Made by a program: the position numbers and the translations under genes. Below the pieces are notes generated by a model. The model was given only the letters and a program-made list of their open reading frames with translations, searched no databases and had not been told where the DNA came from. From contig JBEKTZ010000004.1 of NCBI GenBank assembly GCA_049515535.1, positions 201,462 through 265,461 of the forward strand: a stretch of DNA of 64,000 nucleotides, given 5' to 3'. How positions within the stretch are numbered: the stretch's first letter is position 1; each line of letters starts with the position of its first letter. Source of the DNA: Candidatus Aminicenantales bacterium. GTDB taxonomy: Bacteria > Acidobacteriota > Aminicenantia > Aminicenantales > UBA4085. Shown here one piece after another: positions 41,238 through 50,773 of this stretch.

Positions 41238-42002
41238 TTAGTTTTTTGCACGGTCCAAAATCTCCTCGGCCACTTTTTTGTATTGGAGAGAGCCGATCGA
41301 AGCGGCCGCATAAGTGAAGATCGATTCCTTATAAGCCGGGCTTTCTTCAAGCTTGACGCTCTTAGAGATATGGGTATGAAAGACTTTTTCGCCGAAGACG
41401 CGTTGAATGCGCTCGACCACGTCTCTAGCGATATTTGTCCGGGTATCATGCAAAGTGATCAAAACCCCGAGGATTTGGAGTCCGGGATTCGCTACTCGTC
41501 TCACCTTCTCGATCGTCTCGAGAAGATCATCCGTCCCCTCGAGACTGAGGAACGATGATTGAATAGGAATCAGGAGATGTGATGCCGCCACCAAGGCATT
41601 CAAGGTAATCAAGCCGAGCGTCGGCGGCGTATCGATGAAGATGAAATCATAGCGTTCGCGGATCGGCTCGATGATGTCTTTCAAACGAAAATGCCCGTCA
41701 ATCTGACCCAGCAAAGACGCTTCAAGTTTGGCCATGGATGTCCTGGCGATGGCGACATCCAAACCTGGGACAGTGGATTTCATGATCACGCTTTGGATTT
41801 TCATTTCAGGACGCATGAGAACATCATAAAGAGACATTTCGCTGCGATCAGGATCTTTGACGCAGAACTTTGTGCTATGGCCCTGAGAATCGGTATCGAC
41901 AAGGAGAATGCGGCAGCCGCTGAGCGCTAAAGCGGCCGATACATTGACGGCTGTCGTGGTCTTGCCGACTCCCCCTTTCTGATTGGTTATGGCGACGATC
42001 AC
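41238..42002 (-). CDS. parA: ParA/Soj-family partition ATPase
   Basis: Deviant Walker A NQKGGVGKTTTAVNVSAALA, Walker A' LLVDTDSQ and Walker B FIFIDTPP. Confidence 0.88.
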   Translation of the reverse strand: MIVAITNQKGGVGKTTTAVNVSAALALSGCRILLVDTDSQGHSTKFCVKDPDRSEMSLYDVLMRPEMKIQSVIMKSTVPGLDVAIARTSMAKLEASLLGQIDGHFRLKDIIEPIRERYDFIFIDTPPTLGLITLNALVAASHLLIPIQSSFLSLEGTDDLLETIEKVRRVANPGLQILGVLITLHDTRTNIARDVVERIQRVFGEKVFHTHISKSVKLEESPAYKESIFTYAAASIGSLQYKKVAEEILDRAKN

Positions 42003-42395
42003 AATTCATGACTCCGAAAAATTTCTTGAGGATACATTTTAAAAAAACCCTGAACTACCATAACGAATATCGCCGAAAAGTTCAAGCTTTTATTTTTGGG
42101 GATGTCGGCCGGCCGACATTTGATGTAACTGTCGAGATATCAAATAATTAGGAGATAAATAGTGACGAGCGGCGAGAACGGGATTCACGGAATAAAAGAA
42201 AAATGGTTCGAAGATATCGCCAAAGGGAGTTCATCCGGCGCCTGATTTTTTCAGATCGATTTATAATACAATTAATCTATAGGAATAGTAATATATTATT
42301 GAAGTCTCTGCTATCTTTGCATATAATGCGTTGGAGAAAATTGAAAAGAATTTTATGAGTCATTCACGATGATAAAAATTTCATAATAAGGCTGG
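42003..42395. other. ~390-bp AT-rich divergent intergenic region between parA (-) and the permease (+)
   Basis: Low GC and no ORF of 60 aa or more. It contains the 18-bp palindrome at 42102-42119 and AT-rich stretches that could serve as promoters. Confidence 0.6.
42102..42119. repeat. Perfect 18-bp palindrome ATGTCGGCCGGCCGACAT about 100 bp upstream of parA; candidate centromere-like or operator site
   Basis: Read directly from the sequence. It is GC-rich and embedded in an AT-rich promoter region. It does not match the canonical parS (TGTTNCACGTGNAACA). Confidence 0.5.
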
Positions 42396-43787
42396 TTGAT
42401 TTTGAATGAGCTCGATCGAAAACTTGGCCTTGCGGATTCCGTTTTCCTCGTTATAGGATCCGTTTTTGGATCCGGCATTTTTCTCACAACCGGCATCATA
42501 GCCGGCTATATTCCCTCTCCGGGTCTGATCTGTATCGTTTGGATTCTCGGAGGAGTCCTGACTCTGTTGGGGGCCTTGGCTTATGCCGAACTCGGAACAT
42601 TATTTCCCGGGGCGGGAGGACCTTACATCTATCTCAGAGAAGCCTACGGCCCATCGGTCTCATTTCTTTACGGCTGGACGTTTTTTTGGGTGATAGGAGG
42701 AGGAGGGATCGCCGCGCTGGCCATGGGGTTCGCCGAATATGCAGGGGTCCTGGTTCCTGGACTATCAGCCGATAAACTTCTTCTAGATTCAGGCCTCGGA
42801 CCGATCAAAGTTCATTTGACCGGCGCCCACTTCACGGCCGTTTTTTCGATCGTGGTTCTTTCCTTGCTCAACCTTTTCGGTGTCAAATCAGGGGTCCTCT
42901 TCCAGAACTTCATGACGGTCTTGCGCTTCCTTGCCCTGGGCGCTTTTGTCGCTTTCGGTCTCGTTCTCGGACGCCATCCCGGCCTGCTTAATCTGCATCC
43001 GCTATTTCCGAAAGGCCCTCTCCCCTCCTGGACTTTGTTCGGCGCCGCCTTCTTGGCCGTCGTATGGACCTATGACGGTTGGTATTCCGTGAACTGCGCC
43101 GCGGAAGAAGTCCGGAACCCGCAACGAACGATTCCTCGCTCGCTTGTCCTGGGCACGATAGCTGTTACCGTGCTTTATTTGATGGCCAATATGGTTTATA
43201 GTATAGCTCTTCCGGTGGAGAATATGCGTGGTGTCGTCCGGATCGGTGAACTCGCGGCTCTCCGTCTTTTCGGGCCCGGCAGCGCCCTGTTTTTTTCGGC
43301 CTTGATCGCCGTCGCTATTCTAGGTTGCCTGAGCGCGAATATTCTGTACTGCCCTCGAGTCTCATTCGCCATGGCTCGGGACGGCTTATTCTTCAAAAGT
43401 CTCTCGGTCGTCCATCCCCGGAAACGCGTTCCTTCGAACGCCATCCTGGCCCAGATGATCTGGTCGAGCTTGCTCTGCTTTTCAGGAACGTATCAGGGCC
43501 TCATCGAATATGTGGCCTTCGCCCTGGTCCTCTTCTTTGCCGCCACGGGCTTTTCCGTGTTCGTTCTCCGGCGGAAGATGCCGGAGCGGGAACGTCCCTT
43601 CCGGACATGGGGATATCCCGTTTTACCGGCTCTTTACATCGTCTCCAACTCGGCCATTTTCTTTGCCGTGATCATAGCCCGGCCGCTCCAGGCCTTGGCC
43701 GGAGCGATCCTGATCGCGGCCGGTCTGCCGGCGTATTTGCTCTGGATGAAAAACAAGCGGATCCGCGCCGATGGAGCAAGGGCATGA
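42396..43787 (+). CDS. APC-superfamily amino acid/polyamine permease
   Basis: 12 predicted TM helices and the N-terminal APC motif GSVFGSGIFLTTGIIAGY. TTG start as listed. Confidence 0.8.
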   Translation: MILNELDRKLGLADSVFLVIGSVFGSGIFLTTGIIAGYIPSPGLICIVWILGGVLTLLGALAYAELGTLFPGAGGPYIYLREAYGPSVSFLYGWTFFWVIGGGGIAALAMGFAEYAGVLVPGLSADKLLLDSGLGPIKVHLTGAHFTAVFSIVVLSLLNLFGVKSGVLFQNFMTVLRFLALGAFVAFGLVLGRHPGLLNLHPLFPKGPLPSWTLFGAAFLAVVWTYDGWYSVNCAAEEVRNPQRTIPRSLVLGTIAVTVLYLMANMVYSIALPVENMRGVVRIGELAALRLFGPGSALFFSALIAVAILGCLSANILYCPRVSFAMARDGLFFKSLSVVHPRKRVPSNAILAQMIWSSLLCFSGTYQGLIEYVAFALVLFFAATGFSVFVLRRKMPERERPFRTWGYPVLPALYIVSNSAIFFAVIIARPLQALAGAILIAAGLPAYLLWMKNKRIRADGARA

Positions 43788-45556
43788 GACGCGTCGTGAA
43801 AGTTCTTCCGGAAGGACTGGATTTGAGAGCCGCACCGGGCGAACTTCTGTCCGATGTCATGGAGAGAGCCGGTATCCCCCTCAGCTTGTATTGCGGGCGC
43901 CGGGGCTTATGCGGCAAATGCCGCGTCGAAATCGTCCGCGGAGCGATTCCTGAGGCGGATGAATTCGAGCGAAGTCTCATGGCGCGAGGGAGTCTTCCCA
44001 AAAACCATCGTCTCGCCTGCCGCTTCCATGTCGATAGCGATGTGTCTGTCCGCGTTCCTCCGGGATCTCGGATCCTCCAAATGCCCGTATTGAGCCGGGG
44101 AACCGGACGCTCCGTCGCGTTGGCTCCCGCCATAAAAAAAATAAGGTTCTCCTTATCGAGACCCGGCCTTGTCTCCGCCGATAGCGTCTTGGATTCGATC
44201 CATCTCCAATTCCCCGGGATCGCGCTTCGCGGGCCCTCTCTGGAAACGTTGCGGCGATTGTCCCGCCACGCTCTCGTGGAAAGCGGGCCGGCCAGAGACA
44301 TGACCGCTGTCATCCATGCCGATGCAGAATTGCTCGATATAGAGCCGGGAGACACAACCGCCAGGAATTTCGGCCTTGCCATTGACCTGGGAACGACGAC
44401 CGTCGTCGTCGAACTCCTGGATTTGAACTCGGGGACCTCTCTGGGCTCAGTGACCGGGCTCAACGCTCAGGCCCAATTCGGAACCGACGTCGTGTCGAGA
44501 ATCACGGCGGCTTATATGGACGCGGGAAAACTCAAGGAACTGCGCGCCTCCGTCGTCGCGGGCCTCAACGCCATGATCGGCGTGTTGATCGCTGAAAATC
44601 AGGTGTCTTCGGACGCCGTGTATGAAACGGTCCTGGCCGGCAATACGGCCATGAACCACCTCTTTCTCGGCCTGTCCGTCGCGACACTGGCCGTCGCTCC
44701 CTATCATGCCGTCTTCAGCGTCCTCCCGGCGCTTCCGTCGGCCGAGACGGGGCTCACCGTCAACCCTCTCGGAAAAGTTTATCTCGCTCCCAACATAAAA
44801 AGTTTTGTCGGCGGAGACATCGCCGCCGGACTGGCCGCGGTCGGCATGGACCGTCAAAAAGGAAATTTCCTTTTCGTCGATTTAGGAACGAACGGGGAAA
44901 TCGTCATCAAAAAAGGGACCCGTTTTACGACAACGTCGACGGCCGCCGGACCCGCTTTCGAAGGAATGGCGATCGGTTGCGGCATGCTCGCTCTTCCCGG
45001 CGCCGTTTATAAGGCCCACTATGGAAAAAATCTGATGATTGAGACTATCGGCGGGTTGCCGGCGCGCGGCATCTGCGGCACGGGCCTCATCGACCTCGTG
45101 GCAGGCGCCTTGGACAAAGGCCTCGTTTCTTCCCGGGGAAATGTCCTGAATCCATCCAGGACAATCGCCGTCACGAAGGATATCTCCTTGATCCAGAAGG
45201 ATATCCGCGAGATCCAATTGGCCGTCGCGGCCATAAAGACGGGCATCCGGATGTTGCTCGGGGAGAACAGGATGACGACCGGAGATCTTGACGGCATTTA
45301 CGTAGCCGGAGCGTTCGGAAATTACCTCAGCATTGATAACGCCGTGAAGCTTGGCCTTCTCCCCCGTTTCAACCGCCGTAAGATCCATTTCGTCGGCAAT
45401 ACCTCGGTGGCCGGGGCCAAGGCCCTCCTCTTGTCGCTCTCCGAACGGAGGCGCTGTGAGAAAATGGCTCAAAAAATTCGTCATGTCAGTTTGGCAAAGG
45501 GCGACGAATTTCAAGCGGCCTTCGTCGAAGCGCTGGAGTTCAAAGCCTGGAGTTGA
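43785..45556 (+). CDS. RACo-type reductive activator of corrinoid proteins (plant-type 2Fe-2S ferredoxin domain plus ASKHA ATPase domain)
   Basis: N-terminal ferredoxin Cys pattern YCGRRGLCGKCRV...LACRF. The C-terminal region has ASKHA motifs (LAIDLGTTT, FVDLGTNGEIV, AGAFGNYL). The ATG overlaps the permease stop (ATGA). Confidence 0.65.
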
Positions 45557-45592
45557 GTCAGGAACGCAAATTCCGCCTGAAGGAGTCTTTCC

Positions 45593-46258
45593 ATGGAATT
45601 GAAGAATCGTCTGTTGCGAATGATGGCCGCGGCCATCGTCGAAGGTGACAAGGAAACGGCCGAAGTCCTGGCCAGGAAAGCCTTGGCCGAGAAGCTCGAT
45701 CTCCACGAGGTCATCGATAAAGGATATCTCCCGGGCATCCAAAAAGTCGGCGAACTCTGGGAGAAGGGGGAGTATTTCCTGCCCGAGCTCATCACCAGCG
45801 CCGAATGCATGAAGGCGGCCATGGCCGTTCTCAGACCGTCGCTGGAAGCCTCCCACGCGAACAGCTTGTCCCGTGGAAAAATCGTTATCGGGACGATCGA
45901 AGGCGATATTCACGATATCGGGAAGAACCTGGTCGCGTCGATGCTCTCGGCCAATGGGTTCGAAGTCATGGATCTGGGCGCCGACGTCAAGCTGACCCGA
46001 TTCATCGATAAAGCCCAGGAAACGCAGGCGGAGATCATCTGCCTGTCCGCCCTGCTCACGACAACGATGCTCAATCAGGGGCGTCTGATCGAACTGCTCA
46101 AGGAGCGCGGACTTCGCGAACGGTTTAAAGTGCTCGTGGGCGGCGCCCCTGTGACGCGGAAATGGGCGGCGGATATCGGGGCGGACGGCTACGGGGAAAA
46201 CGCGCCGAGCGCCGTCAAACTAGCCCTGGAGATCAGCCCGAAAAGAGGCCAATTATGA
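45593..46258 (+). CDS. Cobalamin-binding corrinoid protein (B12-binding domain with N-terminal helical cap)
   Basis: DxHxxG motif (GDIHDIGKN) followed by a Rossmann-like B12-binding fold. Layout matches MtmC/MtbC/MtgC-type methyl carriers. Confidence 0.75.
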   Translation: MELKNRLLRMMAAAIVEGDKETAEVLARKALAEKLDLHEVIDKGYLPGIQKVGELWEKGEYFLPELITSAECMKAAMAVLRPSLEASHANSLSRGKIVIGTIEGDIHDIGKNLVASMLSANGFEVMDLGADVKLTRFIDKAQETQAEIICLSALLTTTMLNQGRLIELLKERGLRERFKVLVGGAPVTRKWAADIGADGYGENAPSAVKLALEISPKRGQL

Positions 46259-47724
46259 TCCGGGCCAAGCGTCCCAAGGTCGAGCTCCTCAGCCGGACGT
46301 TCGTCGAGAAGATCATCGGTGAAGCTCTGCTTCTCCTGGAGCGGCAAGGCGTATTTGTCGAGAACGCGGAAGCCCGCGCGCTCTTCAAGCTCGCGGGAAT
46401 GTCCGTTGACGAAACGCATTTCCGGGTCCTTATCCGACAAAAGCTCATCGAGGAATCCCTTGCCTCGACGCCGTCGGCCTTTAAAATCTATGACCGCTCG
46501 GGAAAAAAGGCCTTTACCATAGGACGCGATCATGTCCATTTTGACCCGGGCTCGGCGGCCGTCAAAATCCTTGACCATACGACGCGGCAGGAAAGGAGGC
46601 CCGAGACGGGCGACTTGATCCGGCTGTCCCGGCTGACCGAGGCCTGCGAGCACATCCATTTTCAAAGCACCGCTCTCGTCAGCGGCGATGTCCCGGAGAA
46701 TATCGCCGACAGCTATCGGCTTTTCCTCAGCCTGCAATTCTCATCCAAACCGATCGTGACCGGAACGTTCCGGACGACGGGTTTCCGGCCGATGTTCGAG
46801 ATGCTGGCCGCCGTCCGCGGCGGGAGCGACGAGCTCCGGCGAAAACCGCTGGCCATATTCGACGCCTGCCCCTCCCCTCCCCTGAAATGGAGCAACCTGA
46901 CCGCGCAGAGCCTCATTGACTGCGCCCGGGCCGGTATTCCTTCCGAACTCATTTCCATGGGACTGACGGGCGCGACCTCTCCGGTAACGATTGCCGGCAC
47001 ACTCGTTCAGCACGTGGCCGAGAACCTGGCCGGTCTGGCGATCTGCCAGCTCGCGGGCAAGGGCGTGCCCGTGATCTTCGGCGGTTCGCCGGCAAGCTTC
47101 GACATGCGCAAAGGCACGACGCCCATGGGGGCGATCGAAACGATGATGATCGATATGTCCTATGCTCAAATCGGAAAACACCTCGGCCTTCCGACGCACG
47201 CTTATATGGGTCTGAGCGACGCCAAGATCAACGACTCGCAATCCGGATTGGAAACGAGCATGGGCGCCGTCCTCGCGGCGCTGGCCGGCATCAACGTCGT
47301 ATCTGGCGCCGGGATGGTGGATTTCGAGAGCGCGCAGAGCCTCGAAAAAATTCTGATCGACAATGAAATCTGCGGCATGGCCTACCGGCTAATCGAGGGG
47401 GTCGCCCAGCGTGATGAACCCCTGGCTCTGTCCCTTTTTGAGAAGCTCGGTCCGGAAAGCCAGTTCCTGACCATGCCCCATACGCGGAAATGGTACAGGA
47501 TCGAACACATGCTAACGTCCTTGGCCGATCGCGATACTTATGACGCCTGGGCCGCGCAGGGCGCGAAATCCATGGCCGATAGGGCGCACGAGCGTATCGA
47601 CCAGATCCTCGGCGGGACCGCCCCGAACCTGCTGAGTTATGACCTTCAGAAAGAACTCCGGAGGATCATGCTCGACGACGCCGTGATCAACGGATCCGGA
47701 AGCCTTCCGGAGATCCGGTTTTAA
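46255..47724 (+). CDS. MttB-superfamily methyltransferase, non-pyrrolysine member (quaternary amine:corrinoid methyltransferase-like)
   Basis: About 490 aa with MttB-like TIM-barrel layout and no in-frame amber codon. Its start overlaps the corrinoid-protein stop (ATGA). The methyl-donor substrate cannot be determined from sequence. Confidence 0.65.
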   Translation: MIRAKRPKVELLSRTFVEKIIGEALLLLERQGVFVENAEARALFKLAGMSVDETHFRVLIRQKLIEESLASTPSAFKIYDRSGKKAFTIGRDHVHFDPGSAAVKILDHTTRQERRPETGDLIRLSRLTEACEHIHFQSTALVSGDVPENIADSYRLFLSLQFSSKPIVTGTFRTTGFRPMFEMLAAVRGGSDELRRKPLAIFDACPSPPLKWSNLTAQSLIDCARAGIPSELISMGLTGATSPVTIAGTLVQHVAENLAGLAICQLAGKGVPVIFGGSPASFDMRKGTTPMGAIETMMIDMSYAQIGKHLGLPTHAYMGLSDAKINDSQSGLETSMGAVLAALAGINVVSGAGMVDFESAQSLEKILIDNEICGMAYRLIEGVAQRDEPLALSLFEKLGPESQFLTMPHTRKWYRIEHMLTSLADRDTYDAWAAQGAKSMADRAHERIDQILGGTAPNLLSYDLQKELRRIMLDDAVINGSGSLPEIRF

Positions 47725-48330
47725 GTGAACGAGCAGGTCATTCTCGGCGATTTCTCGTTTCGCTGGGACCACGATAAGATCCTGGTTCGAATCGGGTGCA
47801 AGGGCGGAAGAAGGGCGGCGGCCCCTTCTCTCCTTGCCCTCCTTGAGGAAATAGAGACGAAGCTTCCCGATCTGCTTAGGCCAAGGGGGGCGTATACGAT
47901 TATCGGTCACGAACAAACGAACGGGCATGGCGTCTTCGACAAAGCGGTCTTGGTCGCCCTTGGCCTCGTCACAGCCGGACCGATGATCGAGGCGGCATGC
48001 GAGAAATCATTCCAACAGGGCGATCCGATCAGCGGGCTCGTCTTGGATGCCTTCGGGACGGACGCGATCGTTCAAATCTTCAAGCAGACCGAGCGCCGCA
48101 TCGTCGAAGAGGCCTTACGGCGCGGCCTATGGCCGAGCAAGAGATTCTCGCCGGGATATCGCGGCTGGCCGCTCGAAGAACAGCGGTTTCTCTTTGGGAA
48201 GATCGACGCCTCGGCCATCGGCGTGCGCCTCAACGAATCGTGCATGATGGTTCCGCGCAAATCGAATTCCTTTCGGATCAATTTCTACGCCGACCGGAGC
48301 CTAACGAGCCGCCGCCTGGAAAAAGAATAG
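47725..48330 (+). CDS. Stand-alone homolog of the methionine synthase (MetH) reactivation / AdoMet-binding domain
   Basis: KRFSPGYRGWPLEEQRFLFGKIDAS resembles the conserved RxxPGYPxxPDHTEKxxLFxLLDA core of the MetH activation domain. The GTG start directly abuts the upstream stop. Confidence 0.5.
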   Translation: MNEQVILGDFSFRWDHDKILVRIGCKGGRRAAAPSLLALLEEIETKLPDLLRPRGAYTIIGHEQTNGHGVFDKAVLVALGLVTAGPMIEAACEKSFQQGDPISGLVLDAFGTDAIVQIFKQTERRIVEEALRRGLWPSKRFSPGYRGWPLEEQRFLFGKIDASAIGVRLNESCMMVPRKSNSFRINFYADRSLTSRRLEKE

Positions 48331-48355
48331 GCGAACTGGCCTAATCGGCGATTTT

Positions 48356-50743
48356 ATGGTAAAACTAGCGCTTATCCGTATGAATAACCGGCAAAAAAAC
48401 ATCGCTTTTTTCCTTTTATTCCTCGTTTTGACTCTTCTTTTCACGTATCCGCTCGTTCTTCGCATCGGCTCGGCTCTCCGGGGGACCGACCTCAACGCCT
48501 TGGGCGATCCTTTGTTCAACACCTGGGTTCTTGCCTGGGACGACCATAAGATCTCCCGGCTGGATTTTAAGGGGTTCCTGGACGCCAATTCGTTCTATCC
48601 CCAGCCTCATACGCTTCTGTATTCCGAAATTCTTCTGCCCCAGTCGTTATTGGCCCTTCCCGTCCAGCTCCTGACCGGCAATCCCGTCTTTGCCTATAAC
48701 TTCGTTTTCCTCTTGGGCTTGATCCTATCGGGCTACGGCATGTTCCTTCTGGCCCGGCATTTGACAAAGAGCGTGGCCGGCGGAATAGCCGCCGGAATGA
48801 TCTTCGCTTTCTCGCCTTTCTTCATCTCTCACTTTTTCCAGATCCAGATCGTCACCGCCTGGGGCATTCCATTCGCGTTTTTATATCTTCATAAATTCTT
48901 CGAACAAGACCGGCTCAAATATCTTCTTCTCTTCACTTTTTTTTATGTCGCGCAGGCCCTGAGCAACGATTATTATGCGCTTTATCTGTCGTTCTTCATG
49001 GGTCTTTGGATCTTCTATTTCGCGATCGCGCAGAAGAAATACCGTCAAATCCGCTTTTGGGCGCAGATGGGTCTGTTCTGCCTGATTTCTCTGACGATGA
49101 CAGGACCTATTTTTTATCAATACGCCAAGATCCATAATGAGATGGGATTTGTCCGGGGAATGGATTTTTATGCCCGCTTGACCAGTTATCTGGCCGCTCC
49201 CCCCGTCAACTGGCTTTACGGCAGGATCACGGCCCGCTTTATCATCCCCGAAGGCGAGCTGTTTCCCGGAATCATGGCCTTCGTCTTGGCTACGATCTCG
49301 ATCATCACCCTCGTCAAAGCCCGCGAACGCCGGACACCGGAAAAGCAAGACGAACCTAAAAAGTCGTTTTACGTCATACACCGCGTCCTCAATATCCTGA
49401 TCCTCATGTCTGCCGTCATCGTAATCTTCATCATGGGAGAAGGGGGTTTGGATCTGAATATTTTCGGCGTCAAGCTCATCAGGGCGCACAACCTGGGTCG
49501 TTCGCTGGCGCTGTTCTGCGTCCTTCTCATCGCCCGGATCCTCCTCGACATGGTCTTCAAATTCGAGCGCCGAACTCCGAAACATCCGGATGAAAGAAAC
49601 CTCATCGTCTATGCGGGAATGCTTCTCCTGGCCTTTCTCTTCACTTTTGGACCCCATGGGCCATATCTCTACCTGTATAAATACATTCCGGGTTTTCAAG
49701 CCGTCCGCGTCGCTTCCCGGTTCGGCGTCATGGTCATGTTTGCGTTGGCGGCGTTGGCGGCCTTCGGTCTCAGGGACATGATCTGCCGTTTTCGTCCGAC
49801 GAAAAAGACGGTCTGGACCGTCGTGGTCCTGCTGATCATCGGGATCGAATATCTTTCCGTCCCGATTCCCTATTACACGATTCCCGTCAAAAGGGAAATC
49901 CCTGATTGTTATCAATGGTTGGCGGCGTCGCCGGAGCGCGGTGTTCTGGTTGAACTCCCTCTGCCGTCCTATGCCCAGGGCGCCGGTTCGGTCGAAACGG
50001 CGCGCATGTATTTTTCGACCTATCACTGGAACTCTTTGATCAACGGCTATAGCGGCTGGTTTCCGCCGCTCTACAGTGAACTCTGCCGGCGCTGGGAGCA
50101 GTGGCCTCTTGAGAAGCTTTTGCGGGATTTCCGGACCCTGGGCGTGAAATATGTCCTGATCCATTTTGACGAGTTCGCAGAGAATGAGAGGCCGGCTTAC
50201 AAAGAAAAATTCGCTGCTGTCGAGAGCGAACTCCATCTTGTGAAACAATTCGAAGATGATTATCTTTGCGAAGTGATGCCCAAGAATGTCATTCCGGCGG
50301 AACGACCCACTCCGGCCGGGATGAAAAAACTCGACCGGACGGGCTGGACTGTCCGAGCTTCAATTAGCAACGATCGAGCCCCCCTGGCCATCGACGGCTC
50401 CCTGGAAACGCGCTGGGACTCGGGCGCGCAGAACCCGGGCGATTTTTTCGAGATCGACCTGAACAAGCCATCCGTCTGCCGCTGCGTCTCGCTGAAGTTC
50501 GGCCCGAGCGGCCTCGATTTTCCGCGCGGATACAAGATGGAGATTTCGAACGACGCAAAGACCTGGACCGAAGTCGCCCGCGATGAACAAACCGACCTTC
50601 CAATCCTAAGATACGTCAAACCCAGAAATCTGGATTTGGACATCTTCATGCCTCCCAGGGAGACCCGCTATATCCGGATCACGAACCTGGGCGCGGACAA
50701 TAAGTTTTACTGGTCGATTTACGACATCCAGATCTATCAATAA
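48356..50743 (+). CDS. Large polytopic membrane protein (GT-C-like N-terminal region) with C-terminal F5/8 type C (discoidin) domain
   Basis: About 14 TM helices over ~600 aa. The C-terminal ~150 aa carry discoidin-like motifs (SLETRWDSGAQNPGDFFEIDL...YIRITNLG). Confidence 0.6.
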   Translation: MVKLALIRMNNRQKNIAFFLLFLVLTLLFTYPLVLRIGSALRGTDLNALGDPLFNTWVLAWDDHKISRLDFKGFLDANSFYPQPHTLLYSEILLPQSLLALPVQLLTGNPVFAYNFVFLLGLILSGYGMFLLARHLTKSVAGGIAAGMIFAFSPFFISHFFQIQIVTAWGIPFAFLYLHKFFEQDRLKYLLLFTFFYVAQALSNDYYALYLSFFMGLWIFYFAIAQKKYRQIRFWAQMGLFCLISLTMTGPIFYQYAKIHNEMGFVRGMDFYARLTSYLAAPPVNWLYGRITARFIIPEGELFPGIMAFVLATISIITLVKARERRTPEKQDEPKKSFYVIHRVLNILILMSAVIVIFIMGEGGLDLNIFGVKLIRAHNLGRSLALFCVLLIARILLDMVFKFERRTPKHPDERNLIVYAGMLLLAFLFTFGPHGPYLYLYKYIPGFQAVRVASRFGVMVMFALAALAAFGLRDMICRFRPTKKTVWTVVVLLIIGIEYLSVPIPYYTIPVKREIPDCYQWLAASPERGVLVELPLPSYAQGAGSVETARMYFSTYHWNSLINGYSGWFPPLYSELCRRWEQWPLEKLLRDFRTLGVKYVLIHFDEFAENERPAYKEKFAAVESELHLVKQFEDDYLCEVMPKNVIPAERPTPAGMKKLDRTGWTVRASISNDRAPLAIDGSLETRWDSGAQNPGDFFEIDLNKPSVCRCVSLKFGPSGLDFPRGYKMEISNDAKTWTEVARDEQTDLPILRYVKPRNLDLDIFMPPRETRYIRITNLGADNKFYWSIYDIQIYQ

Positions 50744-50773
50744 GCGGGAGGATATGCTTGATACGGGGTAGAT

